This document shows positions 19,718 to 28,820 of a stretch of DNA of 64,000 bases, piece by piece; the first letter of the stretch is position 1, and each line of letters opens with the position of its first letter. The stretch is from an uncultured delta proteobacterium. Its GTDB lineage: Bacteria > Desulfobacterota > Binatia > Binatales > Binataceae. The DNA is taken from assembly GCA_963724765.1 (NCBI GenBank), contig CAVRVY010000004.1, forward strand, positions 1,408,001 through 1,472,000. The letters are read 5' to 3'. Both the position numbers and the translations under genes were made by a program. The notes below the pieces were generated by a model. The model was given only the letters and a program-made list of their open reading frames with translations. It had not been told where the DNA came from and made no database searches.

Positions 19718-19732
19718 TGATAATTATTATCA
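19718..19732. promoter_or_regulatory. Perfect 7-1-7 Fur box overlapping the promoter of the Fur/PerR gene
   Basis: TGATAAT-T-ATTATCA ends immediately before the ATG at 19733. TTGATC-N17-GATAAT promoter elements at 19696-19724. Confidence 0.85.
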
Positions 19733-20230
19733 ATGACGGAAGTTAAACTGCTTGACGGGCTGGGACGCGGCGATTACGCCGAGGCCAGGCTCGCGGAATT
19801 CGTCGCCAACTGCCGGCGAAAAAAGATGGCGGTCACGCCGCAGCGGCTCGCCGTGCTGCGCGCGCTGCTCGAATCGGGCGACCATCCGCGCGCCGACCGG
19901 ATCTACGCCCGCGTCCGCCGCGAACATCCACGCATCTCGCTCGCCACCGTCCATCGCACGCTGGAGCGCCTGTGCGACGTCGGCGAGGCGCACAAGGTCA
20001 CGCCGTTGCATGAGACCGCGCGCTACGACGGCAATACCCGCCCGCACCATCATGTCGTTTGCGTCCGATGCAAACGGGTCGAGGATGTCGAGGCGCCTGA
20101 ATTCGACACCCTGCTCGCCGGGCGACAAACGCTCGGCGATTTCCAGTTGCTCGGATGCTCGGTCGAAGTGCGCGCGCTGTGCCATCGATGCCTCAAGCGC
20201 ACTGCCAGCCACTCCCCGTCGATAGCCTGA
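19733..20230 (+). CDS. Fur-family transcriptional repressor (PerR-like)
   Basis: TPQRLAVL, HP.A..IY, SLATVHRTL, RYDGN..PHHHVVCVRC, C-terminal CHRC. Confidence 0.93.
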   Translation: MTEVKLLDGLGRGDYAEARLAEFVANCRRKKMAVTPQRLAVLRALLESGDHPRADRIYARVRREHPRISLATVHRTLERLCDVGEAHKVTPLHETARYDGNTRPHHHVVCVRCKRVEDVEAPEFDTLLAGRQTLGDFQLLGCSVEVRALCHRCLKRTASHSPSIA

Positions 20231-20236
20231 GCACGC

Positions 20237-22117
20237 TTGCGGCGCTGGGTAGTCATCGCCGCGATCCTCATCATCTTATGCGTGCATGGCGCGCTGTTGC
20301 TCTCGACGCTGACGGACCTGCGCGTCACGCTCGACTCCGGCTATCACGTTTCGCTCGCGCGCGCATACGCCGAGCACGGACTGGTACCCTGGGACCATAT
20401 CAATTTCGGGCCCGCCGGGCGGCCCAATTTGCAGGCCCCGCTGATGTATATGGCAGTCGGCGCGATAGGCCGTGCGATGGGCGGGAGGGGCGGCGATTAC
20501 GTACTCGCCAACGCGATGCTCGCGGCCGTACAATGGGCGGCGGCGATGGCGACCGCGGCCTTCTTCGCGCTGTTGCTCGGCGGCGAATGGGCGATGCTGC
20601 TGGCGGCGGCGCTGCTCAGCGGCGCCGGCTTCGCCGCGACCTCGTTCGCGATCGGAATTCCGTCGGGATGGCTCTTCATCCTGATTCCGTGGGCGATCCA
20701 TTTTTTTCTGCGCCGGCGTCTCGTGCTGGCAACGATCATCATCTCCGCGGCCATTTACGTCCACATCGCCGGCCTGGTCACGGCACCGCTTGGAATCGTG
20801 GTGGCCGCGGTGCTCAGCCGCCGATGGCGCGATCTCCTTTTGGTCGGAATCGCCACCGCGATCATCACCGCCCCTTACTCCGTGCATTGCCTGCGCTACG
20901 TCGGATGGTTCAGCGGAGTGCGCAACTACTCGGCATTGCTATTCGATCCGATGCTCGACGTGCTCGGACTCGTCGGTCTCGTCGCAGCACTCAGGCATCC
21001 GCGCGACAATGCCCTGCTGGTCGCATGGGCGGCCGCGCCTGTGGCGTGGCTTTTTCAGGACCCGAGCCGATTTATCCTGCAATCAGGGCTGGCGGCGAGC
21101 GTGCTAGCGGCGGTTTGGCTGGTGGCGCGGCTCGCACGGATGCGCGGCACGCCTCGCACGGTATGCGTTGCCATAATAACGGCGATCGCAACGCTCTGTC
21201 CGTTTGGAGTGCCCGCGCTGGCAACCGAAGTGGCGTGGTCGCTCGGGTTTCGTTATCCGCGAGCCATCGATTGGAAAAGCGCCGAGACACTTGCCGGCGT
21301 GATCCAGCATAACGATCTTTCCGGAAAACTGGTCTCCGATTACCAACCTTCGCTATGCCCTGCGATCGCGGTCTATGCGCCAATCTCCTGCGACAAGGGC
21401 CACTGGGTTGAAGTACAGCCGCAGGTCGATCCAGCCGACGCGCTTTCCGCCGCGCGCAAGGTCTACGTGCTTGCGCTAAAGTCCGACGACACTGCGCTCG
21501 AGGCGATGGCGCGGCGCGGTTGGCTGCGGGTGTGGGGCGGAACGAGCGGAACGGCCGATTCAACCGTAGTGACCCTTGCCGCGCGTGCTCCACTCGACGC
21601 CGCATCCGCGGCTGTCGGGCAAATGGTCGCGACCGAGGCCGCCTGGCTGTCCTCGCACGCAGTCAACAACTCGTTTCGCGGTGGCGACTGGCTGGCGATG
21701 CTCTCGCCGGTGGCGATGCAAACCCGCCGCGCCCGGTTGCTTGAACAACGCGAGCGCGCGGGACGAATTCAGCTGGCGCTCCTCGTTTATGCGTATGCGC
21801 TGGAGCCCGATTTTCCGCGGCAGGCGGCGCGGATACGGCGCGCGGCGCGCGCCTTCGGTGTGATCGCGAGTTTTTTGGGCGACGGTCTCGCACTCGACTT
21901 CGAAAACGACGCGGCGACGGCGCGATTGAAATGGCGGCTTGGATTGCTCGCGTCTGCGGCGCAATCGACGGGTCGGCAGCCGCCTCCCGACATGGAACTC
22001 GAGCGCGCGCTGGACGAGACGCTCGAGGTTTACCTGGTTACGAAGGGCGCAACCTTCGCCGAGCGGCCGCCGGAAAATCCTCTGCCATGGCTTTCCGCGC
22101 TGCCGTCGGCGCACTGA
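20237..22117 (+). CDS. Polytopic membrane protein, possibly GT-C fold glycosyltransferase-like
   Basis: TM1 followed by DSGYH...WD...GP.G.PN...PL loop, about 10 TM segments, soluble C-terminal domain. TTG start 6 nt after the fur stop. Confidence 0.65.
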   Translation: MRRWVVIAAILIILCVHGALLLSTLTDLRVTLDSGYHVSLARAYAEHGLVPWDHINFGPAGRPNLQAPLMYMAVGAIGRAMGGRGGDYVLANAMLAAVQWAAAMATAAFFALLLGGEWAMLLAAALLSGAGFAATSFAIGIPSGWLFILIPWAIHFFLRRRLVLATIIISAAIYVHIAGLVTAPLGIVVAAVLSRRWRDLLLVGIATAIITAPYSVHCLRYVGWFSGVRNYSALLFDPMLDVLGLVGLVAALRHPRDNALLVAWAAAPVAWLFQDPSRFILQSGLAASVLAAVWLVARLARMRGTPRTVCVAIITAIATLCPFGVPALATEVAWSLGFRYPRAIDWKSAETLAGVIQHNDLSGKLVSDYQPSLCPAIAVYAPISCDKGHWVEVQPQVDPADALSAARKVYVLALKSDDTALEAMARRGWLRVWGGTSGTADSTVVTLAARAPLDAASAAVGQMVATEAAWLSSHAVNNSFRGGDWLAMLSPVAMQTRRARLLEQRERAGRIQLALLVYAYALEPDFPRQAARIRRAARAFGVIASFLGDGLALDFENDAATARLKWRLGLLASAAQSTGRQPPPDMELERALDETLEVYLVTKGATFAERPPENPLPWLSALPSAH

Positions 22118-22139
22118 GCACAGCGCCAGCGCGCGGCCG

Positions 22140-22349
22140 CTAACTCGAAACCGGCCGCGAGATTGAGAATCCGGCGCGCGGCGCGCCGCGATTTCCATAG
22201 CGCCGGAGCAACTCGCGCCGCGAAAGCCATACCTCTCGCGTATATGAATGCGACGTCGTGCCCTTGTCGATACGAGTGAGCCCGTCGACCGTGTAGAGCA
22301 ACAGCAGGCCGGTCATGAAAATCCGGGCGAGCCGCAAACGCAGATTCAT
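22140..22349 (-). CDS. Possible small hypothetical protein (69 aa)
   Basis: ATG-initiated ORF with an N-terminal hydrophobic stretch, in an otherwise empty gap. No clear RBS. Confidence 0.25.
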   Translation of the reverse strand: MNLRLRLARIFMTGLLLLYTVDGLTRIDKGTTSHSYTREVWLSRRELLRRYGNRGAPRAGFSISRPVSS

Positions 22350-22760
22350 GGACCGCTCGCGCGCGCTGAATCCGATCCTGACCGCGGCGTTGGCAATCAG
22401 CGTTATCCCGAAGAAGGGCTCGTGCAAATCCAGACTTCCCCCCGGCGACTCGCATACCCGATGCCCCCATTTCACTATTATTATAGTTACAGACGGCGCT
22501 GCACGGCCAAGAATTCGATACGCGCATCGCGACGGGCTGCGAAATTTGTGCGTGAGCACAGGTAGTCGGCGGAGGTGCGCATAGCCTGCGCATGCAAGGG
22601 GTTTCTGCCCGGTACTCGCGGAGGCCGCGCGATTTTTGCATAATGACCGCCACGTTCGTGTTAGCGCGAAACTCGAGGCTTCGGCTGCCGCCTGAAACAG
22701 CCGCTGCGGCCGCGCCGCGCACTGAGTTCTATCGCCGGGCCACGTCCCGATAACCCACTG

Positions 22761-24371
22761 ATGGCAGAAGCCGCCGCAACGATCGAAGCGCCAGCGCAGG
22801 CGCACGCCTACGTCGAAGGAGCGCTCAAGTGGCTGATCGCGCTGGCCGTCATTCTGTGCACCATCCTGGAGGTGCTCGACAGCTCGATAGTTAACGTCGC
22901 ACTGCCGCACATGCAGGGCAGTTTCTCGGCCAGCGTCGATGAAGTGACCTGGGTCGTGACAACCTACCTGGTGGCCGCCGGCATCATGATCCCGACTACC
23001 GGATGGATCGCCGGCCAATTCGGGCGCAAGAACTACTTCCTGGTCTGCATCGTCACCTTCGTTCTGTCCTCAGCGATGTGCGGCGCGGCGCAGACGCTCA
23101 ATCAGATGGTGGCGTTCCGCTTCCTGCAGGGAATCGCCGGCGCCGCGCTGCAGCCGCTCTCACAGGCGATCCTGATGGAGACCTTCCCGCCCAACGAGCA
23201 GGCGCTCGCGATGGCGATGTGGGGGGTTGGGCTGATGGTCGCGCCGATCATGGGTCCGACGGTGGGCGGCTGGATTACCGACAACTGGAACTGGCGCTGG
23301 AACTTTTACATCAACGTGCCAATCGGCATCGCAGCCGGGTTGATGGTTTACACCTTCGTTCACGATCCGCCGTACTTACGCAGGCTCAAGGGCAAGGGCG
23401 GCGCCGACTACCTGGGAATCCTGTGCCTGGTGCTTTCGCTGGGGCTGGGCGAGATCGTGATGGACCGCGGCGACCGTGCCGATTGGTTCCAGAGCGCGTG
23501 GGTCTGTTATTTCTCGGCGATCGCGCTCAGCGCCTTCGTAGTGCTGAGCGTGCACGAGTGGCGCACGCCCAAACCGATCCTCCAGGTGAAGCTGGTCACC
23601 AACCGCTCCTTCGCCGTTCCGACGATGCTGCTCATCATCCTGACCTTCACCGCCTATGGAATGCAGATTCTCAATCCGGTCTTCCTGCAGGAGTTGCTCG
23701 GCTACACCGCGTGGAAAGCCGGGCTGGCGATGGCGCCGCGCGGTATGGGCGTGATGGCGGCGATGTTCCTGCTGGGCGCAATCGCGCGCAAAGGCTACGA
23801 CACCCGCAAGCTGGTCTTCCTCGGCTTCATCCTGATCGCCCTCGCCCAATGGGAACTGTCGACGCTCGACCTCTCGATGAGCATCTCGAACTTCGTCTGG
23901 CCCACGGTAGTGCAGGGAATCGGGATGGGCCTGATTTTCCCGACCCTGGCGGGCGCGGCGCTGAGCTCGGTCAGCCGCGAGAACATGGGCTACGCGGCGA
24001 GTTTCTTTTCGATGGTGCGCAACATCGGCGCTTCGATCGGGACCTCGACACTGACGACCTATCTCACACGGCTCGAACAAACCCGCCAAAGCTACCTGGT
24101 AAACCATCTCACGGTATTCGACGCCTGGCGCCTCGGAGAAAGCGGCACACATTTGCCCGGATCGATGCGCTTCGACTACATGCATCAACTCGTCACCGGC
24201 CAGAAACAGGGACTGGCAATGATCTACGGCCAAGTGCAGCGGCAGGCGATGATGCTCTCCCTCAACAACATCTACCGCGCGCTGTGCTACCTGATGGCCG
24301 TCGCGCTCATCATCACCGTCTTCCTGCCGCGCACCAGAACGCAAGGCGGCGCAGCTGCCGCGGCTCACTGA
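22761..24371 (+). CDS. DHA2 (EmrB/QacA) MFS efflux permease
   Basis: LEVLDSSIVNVALPHM, WV.T.YL, FRFLQG..G, P..GP..GGWITDN..WRW.FYINVPIG. Confidence 0.95.
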   Translation: MAEAAATIEAPAQAHAYVEGALKWLIALAVILCTILEVLDSSIVNVALPHMQGSFSASVDEVTWVVTTYLVAAGIMIPTTGWIAGQFGRKNYFLVCIVTFVLSSAMCGAAQTLNQMVAFRFLQGIAGAALQPLSQAILMETFPPNEQALAMAMWGVGLMVAPIMGPTVGGWITDNWNWRWNFYINVPIGIAAGLMVYTFVHDPPYLRRLKGKGGADYLGILCLVLSLGLGEIVMDRGDRADWFQSAWVCYFSAIALSAFVVLSVHEWRTPKPILQVKLVTNRSFAVPTMLLIILTFTAYGMQILNPVFLQELLGYTAWKAGLAMAPRGMGVMAAMFLLGAIARKGYDTRKLVFLGFILIALAQWELSTLDLSMSISNFVWPTVVQGIGMGLIFPTLAGAALSSVSRENMGYAASFFSMVRNIGASIGTSTLTTYLTRLEQTRQSYLVNHLTVFDAWRLGESGTHLPGSMRFDYMHQLVTGQKQGLAMIYGQVQRQAMMLSLNNIYRALCYLMAVALIITVFLPRTRTQGGAAAAAH

Positions 24372-24541
24372 ATCCCTGGCGCGCGCCGCCGACGCCCCCG
24401 GGCGCTCGCTATTGCCCACCTTACGCGAATGCTCTAGCGTGATTTCGTGATCGATGAGCCGGGAACTTCGCCGCGTTTCGCGTCGCACGGCAGCCCGTCC
24501 TTTAAGATTCGCGTCACGCTCTTCGCCGCCTGGCGAACCAT

Positions 24542-25531
24542 GTGAGCAAATCGCCTGGAGAATTCCACCTGATCGAGCGGCTGCTGAAGCGCCTGGGCTC
24601 GGGCCGCCGCGCTATCCTGGGGCCCGGCGATGATTGCGCGATCCTGTCACCCGCCCGCGCCCGCCAGCTTTTCACCATCGACTCGATGGTCGAGGACGTG
24701 CATTTCAAGCTTGCGTGGGGAACGCCGGAGGCGCTCGGCGCGCGCGCGTTGACGGTTAACCTCAGCGATATCGCCGCAATGGGCGGGAAACCGACCGTAT
24801 GCGTGGTCAACCTCGCAGTGCGCGACGGACTCGGCATGCGATTCTTCGATCGGCTTTACGAGGGGCTCCGCAGGGCGGCGGCCCGCGCCGAAGTCGAGGT
24901 GGTCGGCGGCAACATCACCCGCGCGGGCGCGCTCGCCATCACCATCGCGCTGCTCGGCGAAGTGCGCGGTGCGGCGCTCCGGCGCGACGCCGCACGTCCC
25001 GGCGATACCGTCTACGTCACCGGCACCCTGGGCGACGCCGCTGCCGGACTGCGCATTCTCTCGGGACGGCTCCGCGCCCGCGCCGCAGCGCGCAAGTTCC
25101 TTATAGACCGCTTCCTGCAACCGGCCGCGCGCCTTAGGGCTGGGCTCGGCCTGGCTCGCATCAAGCCGGCGCCCGCCGCAATCGACCTGAGCGACGGGCT
25201 GTGGCAGGACCTCGGTCACCTGCTCGAACGGAGCCGGGCCGGCGCCGAGATCGACGCCGATGCGCTGCCGCTCTCCGCGGCCTACCGCGCCGTTGTCGGC
25301 GACGACCCGGCGCTCGCACTCGGCGGCGGCGAGGACTACGAACTGCTGTTCTGTCTGCGCCATGCTGTTCCCGCGCCCGCGCTTACCCGCAACCTGGGCG
25401 TGTGCGTCAGCCGTATCGGCCGCATAACTTCCTCCGGCAAAGCGGTCCTGGTGGATGCCCACGGTTCGGTCCGTCCCGGCGCGCCGCGGCTTGCGGGATG
25501 GGACCAGCTGCGCTCACGGGCGGGCGGATAG
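24542..25531 (+). CDS. thiL: Thiamine-monophosphate kinase
   Basis: GEF.LI, GPGDDCA, D.MVEDVHF, VNLSDIAAMGG.P, VGGN, IDLSDGL, GGEDYELLF. Confidence 0.95.
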   Translation: MSKSPGEFHLIERLLKRLGSGRRAILGPGDDCAILSPARARQLFTIDSMVEDVHFKLAWGTPEALGARALTVNLSDIAAMGGKPTVCVVNLAVRDGLGMRFFDRLYEGLRRAAARAEVEVVGGNITRAGALAITIALLGEVRGAALRRDAARPGDTVYVTGTLGDAAAGLRILSGRLRARAAARKFLIDRFLQPAARLRAGLGLARIKPAPAAIDLSDGLWQDLGHLLERSRAGAEIDADALPLSAAYRAVVGDDPALALGGGEDYELLFCLRHAVPAPALTRNLGVCVSRIGRITSSGKAVLVDAHGSVRPGAPRLAGWDQLRSRAGG

Positions 25532-25550
25532 GCGATCGAATTAATCGGCG

Positions 25551-26756
25551 ATGCTGTTGCTAGTGGTTATCGTGCTGCTCGGAGCGAGCGCCCTGCTCGC
25601 CGCGTCGGAAACCGCGCTGTTCGCGCTGGCGCGGATGCAGCATACGCGTGCGAGCCTGGGCGAAGCTGCGGCAAAAGCGGTTGCTTCCTTGCTGCGCCAT
25701 CCGCTCGAATCGCTGATGGTGATCATCGGATTTAACGAGGCGATCAATGTCTTCGCCGAATGCCTCGCGACCACCTTTCTCCTGACCTGGCTGGGACCGC
25801 CGGGAGGATGGATCTCAGTGCCGGTGATGTTTGTGCTGGTCCTGCTGGTCAGCGACATCACGCCCAAGACCTTCGCGCTCGGCTTTCCGGCCGCGGTGGC
25901 GCGGCTCACCGCGCGGCCGCTTGCCGCGGTGGCGTTGACCTTCCATCCGTTGGCGAGGCTTTTGGTGCCCGGGGAGGCGGCGCCCGCCGCGCCGCTCTCG
26001 GAGAGCGAGTTCAAGGCGCTGCTCATTGCCAGCGAGCGGTTTGGCCAGGTGGCGCCGGCCGAGCGTGAATTGATCGACAAGGTGTTTGCATTCGGCTCGC
26101 GGCGCGTCTCCGAAGTCATGACCCCACGCGAACGGATCTTCGCGCTCGACCTCGACACCGCCGTCGACCGCATCATCGCCGAAGTCGCCCACGGCCATTA
26201 CTCGCGCGTTCCCGTCTATCGCGGAAATTCCAACAACATCGTAGGCGTGCTGCGCGCCAAGGATTTGATTGCGCGCCGCCTGGAGTCCGCGCCGCCGCGC
26301 CTGGAGCGGCTAATCCGCGAACCCTACTTTGTGCCGCCGGGCAAGACGCTCGGCGAATTATTCGACGAGATGCGCCGGCGCCGCTTCCAGCTTGCATTCG
26401 TGGTCGACGAATACGGCCGTCTGCTCGGGCTGGTCACGCTCGAGGACCTGCTCGAGGAACTGTTCGGCGAACTGCGCGACGAATTCGAGCTCGAAGGGCC
26501 CGACCTTACCGAAGCCGGCGCGGGCGAATGGCTGGCGGCCGGCACCATCAACCTGACCCGTCTAACGGAGGCGCTCGACGGCGGCAAATCTTTTGCCGCC
26601 CGCGGCCATGAACGCACGTTGAGTTCGCTGGTGCTGCGCCGGCTCGGCCGCGTCCCACAACCCGGCGAGCAGCTCCGCCTGGGCGCCTTCGAGGCGAAGA
26701 TCGAAAAGGTACGCGGCGCAACGGTCGAGCTGGTGAGGCTCAAACAATGCGGCTAG
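25551..26756 (+). CDS. CNNM/CorB (hemolysin TlyC-like) protein: DUF21 + CBS pair + CorC domain
   Basis: ASETALF, DITPKT, V.EVMTPR, YSRVPVY, VVDEYG...GLVTLEDLLEELFGE. Confidence 0.93.
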   Translation: MLLLVVIVLLGASALLAASETALFALARMQHTRASLGEAAAKAVASLLRHPLESLMVIIGFNEAINVFAECLATTFLLTWLGPPGGWISVPVMFVLVLLVSDITPKTFALGFPAAVARLTARPLAAVALTFHPLARLLVPGEAAPAAPLSESEFKALLIASERFGQVAPAERELIDKVFAFGSRRVSEVMTPRERIFALDLDTAVDRIIAEVAHGHYSRVPVYRGNSNNIVGVLRAKDLIARRLESAPPRLERLIREPYFVPPGKTLGELFDEMRRRRFQLAFVVDEYGRLLGLVTLEDLLEELFGELRDEFELEGPDLTEAGAGEWLAAGTINLTRLTEALDGGKSFAARGHERTLSSLVLRRLGRVPQPGEQLRLGAFEAKIEKVRGATVELVRLKQCG

Positions 26757-28033
26757 GCCCTCTCATCGCCGCGATCGCCGCGTGCCTGGTAGTACAGGCC
26801 TTTTTCGCCGCCAGCGAAATCGCGATGGTGGTGATCGACGAGAGCAAGCTCGGCAGCGCCAACCAGCGCGACGGGCGCGAATCTCCGTTGCTGCTCGCGC
26901 TGCTGCGCCGCCGCGAGCGCGTGCTGGCCCTGACGCTCACCGGGGCCAACCTGGCGACCGTTATCGCCGCCAGCGTGCTCACCACTTTCCTGCATCAGTT
27001 CGGTCCCAACACTTCCTATCTCGCTCCCTTCGTGCTGGCGCCGTTGACTCTGCTGATCGGCGAATCGCTGCCCAAGCTGCTAACCTTCCGCCATCCAATC
27101 AGCTTCGCGCGGGTCGCCACGCGCCCGTTGCGCGCGCTGGAGGCCGCCTTCTGGCCTTTGCTCGAAGCCGAAACGGTGGTCAGCCGATGGCTGAGAAGGA
27201 TTGCCGGCGTACCCGCGGAAATGCAAAGCGTGTTTATCACGCGCGAGGACCTCGCATTGATGATTCGTTCGCTTGGCGATCAGCCGCAGCCACCGATCGC
27301 CGACGCGATTTTGCCAGCTGAACGGCAGATGATCAGCCGCATCTTCCGCTTCAAGAACGCCGAGGCGCGGCAGGCGATGGTGCCGTTGCTGCGAGTGGAG
27401 GCGGTCGCGCTCGAGACCACGCTGGCCGAGGCGGCCGAAATCGCCCGGCGCACCGGCTTCAGCCGCATCCCGGTCTTCGAAAAGCGCATCGTGAACATCG
27501 TGGGCCTGCTCCACGTCTTCGACCTGCTCGAAGCGCCCGACTTGAGCCGCTCGGTCCAGGAAGTGATGCGCCAGGTGGTTTACTTCGCCGAGTCCACGCC
27601 GCTCGATGAAATCCTGCTCACCTTCCAGCGCACCGGCCAGAACCTCGCCGTGATCGTCGACGAGTACGGCGGCGCGGCGGGAATTCTGACGCTCGAGGAT
27701 CTGCTCGAGGAAATCGTGGGCGAGATCGAAGAGGAGCACGGCCCCGGCGAGGAACTCGTGCGCGTGATAAGTCCGCGCGCGCTGAGCGCGTCGGCGCGCG
27801 CACCGGTGACCGAGCTCAACGAACGCTTCGGCCTCAGGCTGCCGGAAAGCGGTGAGTATGCTACGATTGGGGGGCTTGTGGTCGAACGTCTAGGTCATAT
27901 TCCCCGGCCCGGCGAACAGCTCAAGGCAGGCGAAGCGACACTCACAGTGGTGCGCGCCGACGCTCGCGCGGTGCGTGAGATCCTGATCACACCGGCGCGG
28001 CCGCTGGACGCCGAATATTCACGCCGGCGATGA
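26747..28033 (+). CDS. CNNM/CorB (hemolysin TlyC-like) protein, second paralog
   Basis: FFAASEIA, GESLPK, FSRIPVF, IVDEYGG..GILTLEDLLEEIVGEI. Confidence 0.93.
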   Translation: MRLGPLIAAIAACLVVQAFFAASEIAMVVIDESKLGSANQRDGRESPLLLALLRRRERVLALTLTGANLATVIAASVLTTFLHQFGPNTSYLAPFVLAPLTLLIGESLPKLLTFRHPISFARVATRPLRALEAAFWPLLEAETVVSRWLRRIAGVPAEMQSVFITREDLALMIRSLGDQPQPPIADAILPAERQMISRIFRFKNAEARQAMVPLLRVEAVALETTLAEAAEIARRTGFSRIPVFEKRIVNIVGLLHVFDLLEAPDLSRSVQEVMRQVVYFAESTPLDEILLTFQRTGQNLAVIVDEYGGAAGILTLEDLLEEIVGEIEEEHGPGEELVRVISPRALSASARAPVTELNERFGLRLPESGEYATIGGLVVERLGHIPRPGEQLKAGEATLTVVRADARAVREILITPARPLDAEYSRRR

Positions 28034-28049
28034 CCCAAGAGCATTTACG

Positions 28050-28820
28050 ATGATTGAGGAGCGCTTGCGCCGGCTCCTGGAGCAGGTCGCGGCAGGCAAG
28101 CTGGCCGCCGCAGCGGCGCTCGAACGCCTGCGCCATCTGCCCTTCGAGGATCTCGGCTTCGCCAAGGTCGACCAGCATCGCGCACTTCGCCGCGGCGTGC
28201 CCGAGGTCATCTTTGGCGAGGGCAAAAGCGCCGCGCAAATCGCGGCGATCGGCGCGCGCGTCGTCGCCACCGGCGCCAATCTGGTAGTCACCCGGCTGGA
28301 GCTGAAAAAGGCGCGCGAGCTGCGCCGGCGCCTGCGCGGCCTCACTTATCATCCCGAAGCCAGGCTCGGCGTGATCCTCAAGCATCGGCCCGCGCCGCGC
28401 GGCCACGGCAGTGTGATGGTGATGAGCGCCGGCACCTCGGACCTGGCGGTGGCCGAGGAGGCGGCGCTGTGTGCCGAACTTTTCGGCAACGCGGTCGAGC
28501 GCCTTTACGACGTCGGTGTCGCCGGCATCCATCGCCTCACCGCCAACCTTGAGCGCGTGCACGCGGCGGCGGTGCTGATCGTGGCGGCCGGGATGGAAGG
28601 GGCGCTGCCCTCAGTCGTGGCGGGGCTGACCGACAAGCCGGTGATCGCGGTCCCGACCAGCGTCGGCTACGGCGCCGCGTTCGGCGGCGTGGCGGCGCTG
28701 CTCGGGATGCTCAATTCGTGCGCGAGCGGAGTCACGGTGGTCAACATCGACAACGGTTTCGGCGCCGCTTTTGCCGCGACGCTGATCAACCGCGTAGGCA
28801 TCGCGCGTGAGCGGTCGTGA
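28050..28820 (+). CDS. larB: Nickel-pincer cofactor biosynthesis protein LarB
   Basis: FAKVD.HR..R.G.PEVIFGEGK, AGTSD..VAEEA, DVGVAGIHRL, AGMEGALPSVV.GL, PTSVGYG, VVNIDNGFGAA. Confidence 0.95.
   Translation: MIEERLRRLLEQVAAGKLAAAAALERLRHLPFEDLGFAKVDQHRALRRGVPEVIFGEGKSAAQIAAIGARVVATGANLVVTRLELKKARELRRRLRGLTYHPEARLGVILKHRPAPRGHGSVMVMSAGTSDLAVAEEAALCAELFGNAVERLYDVGVAGIHRLTANLERVHAAAVLIVAAGMEGALPSVVAGLTDKPVIAVPTSVGYGAAFGGVAALLGMLNSCASGVTVVNIDNGFGAAFAATLINRVGIARERS

Noticed and set aside
22350-22760. Structured ncRNA or riboswitch in the gap before the MFS gene
   Set aside because: Only an AT-rich promoter-like patch (22461-22480) is visible. I recognise no aptamer or tRNA fold; an Rfam/Infernal scan would be needed to exclude one.
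24372-24541. TPP riboswitch upstream of thiL
   Set aside because: No CUGAGA or other conserved TPP aptamer core is visible.
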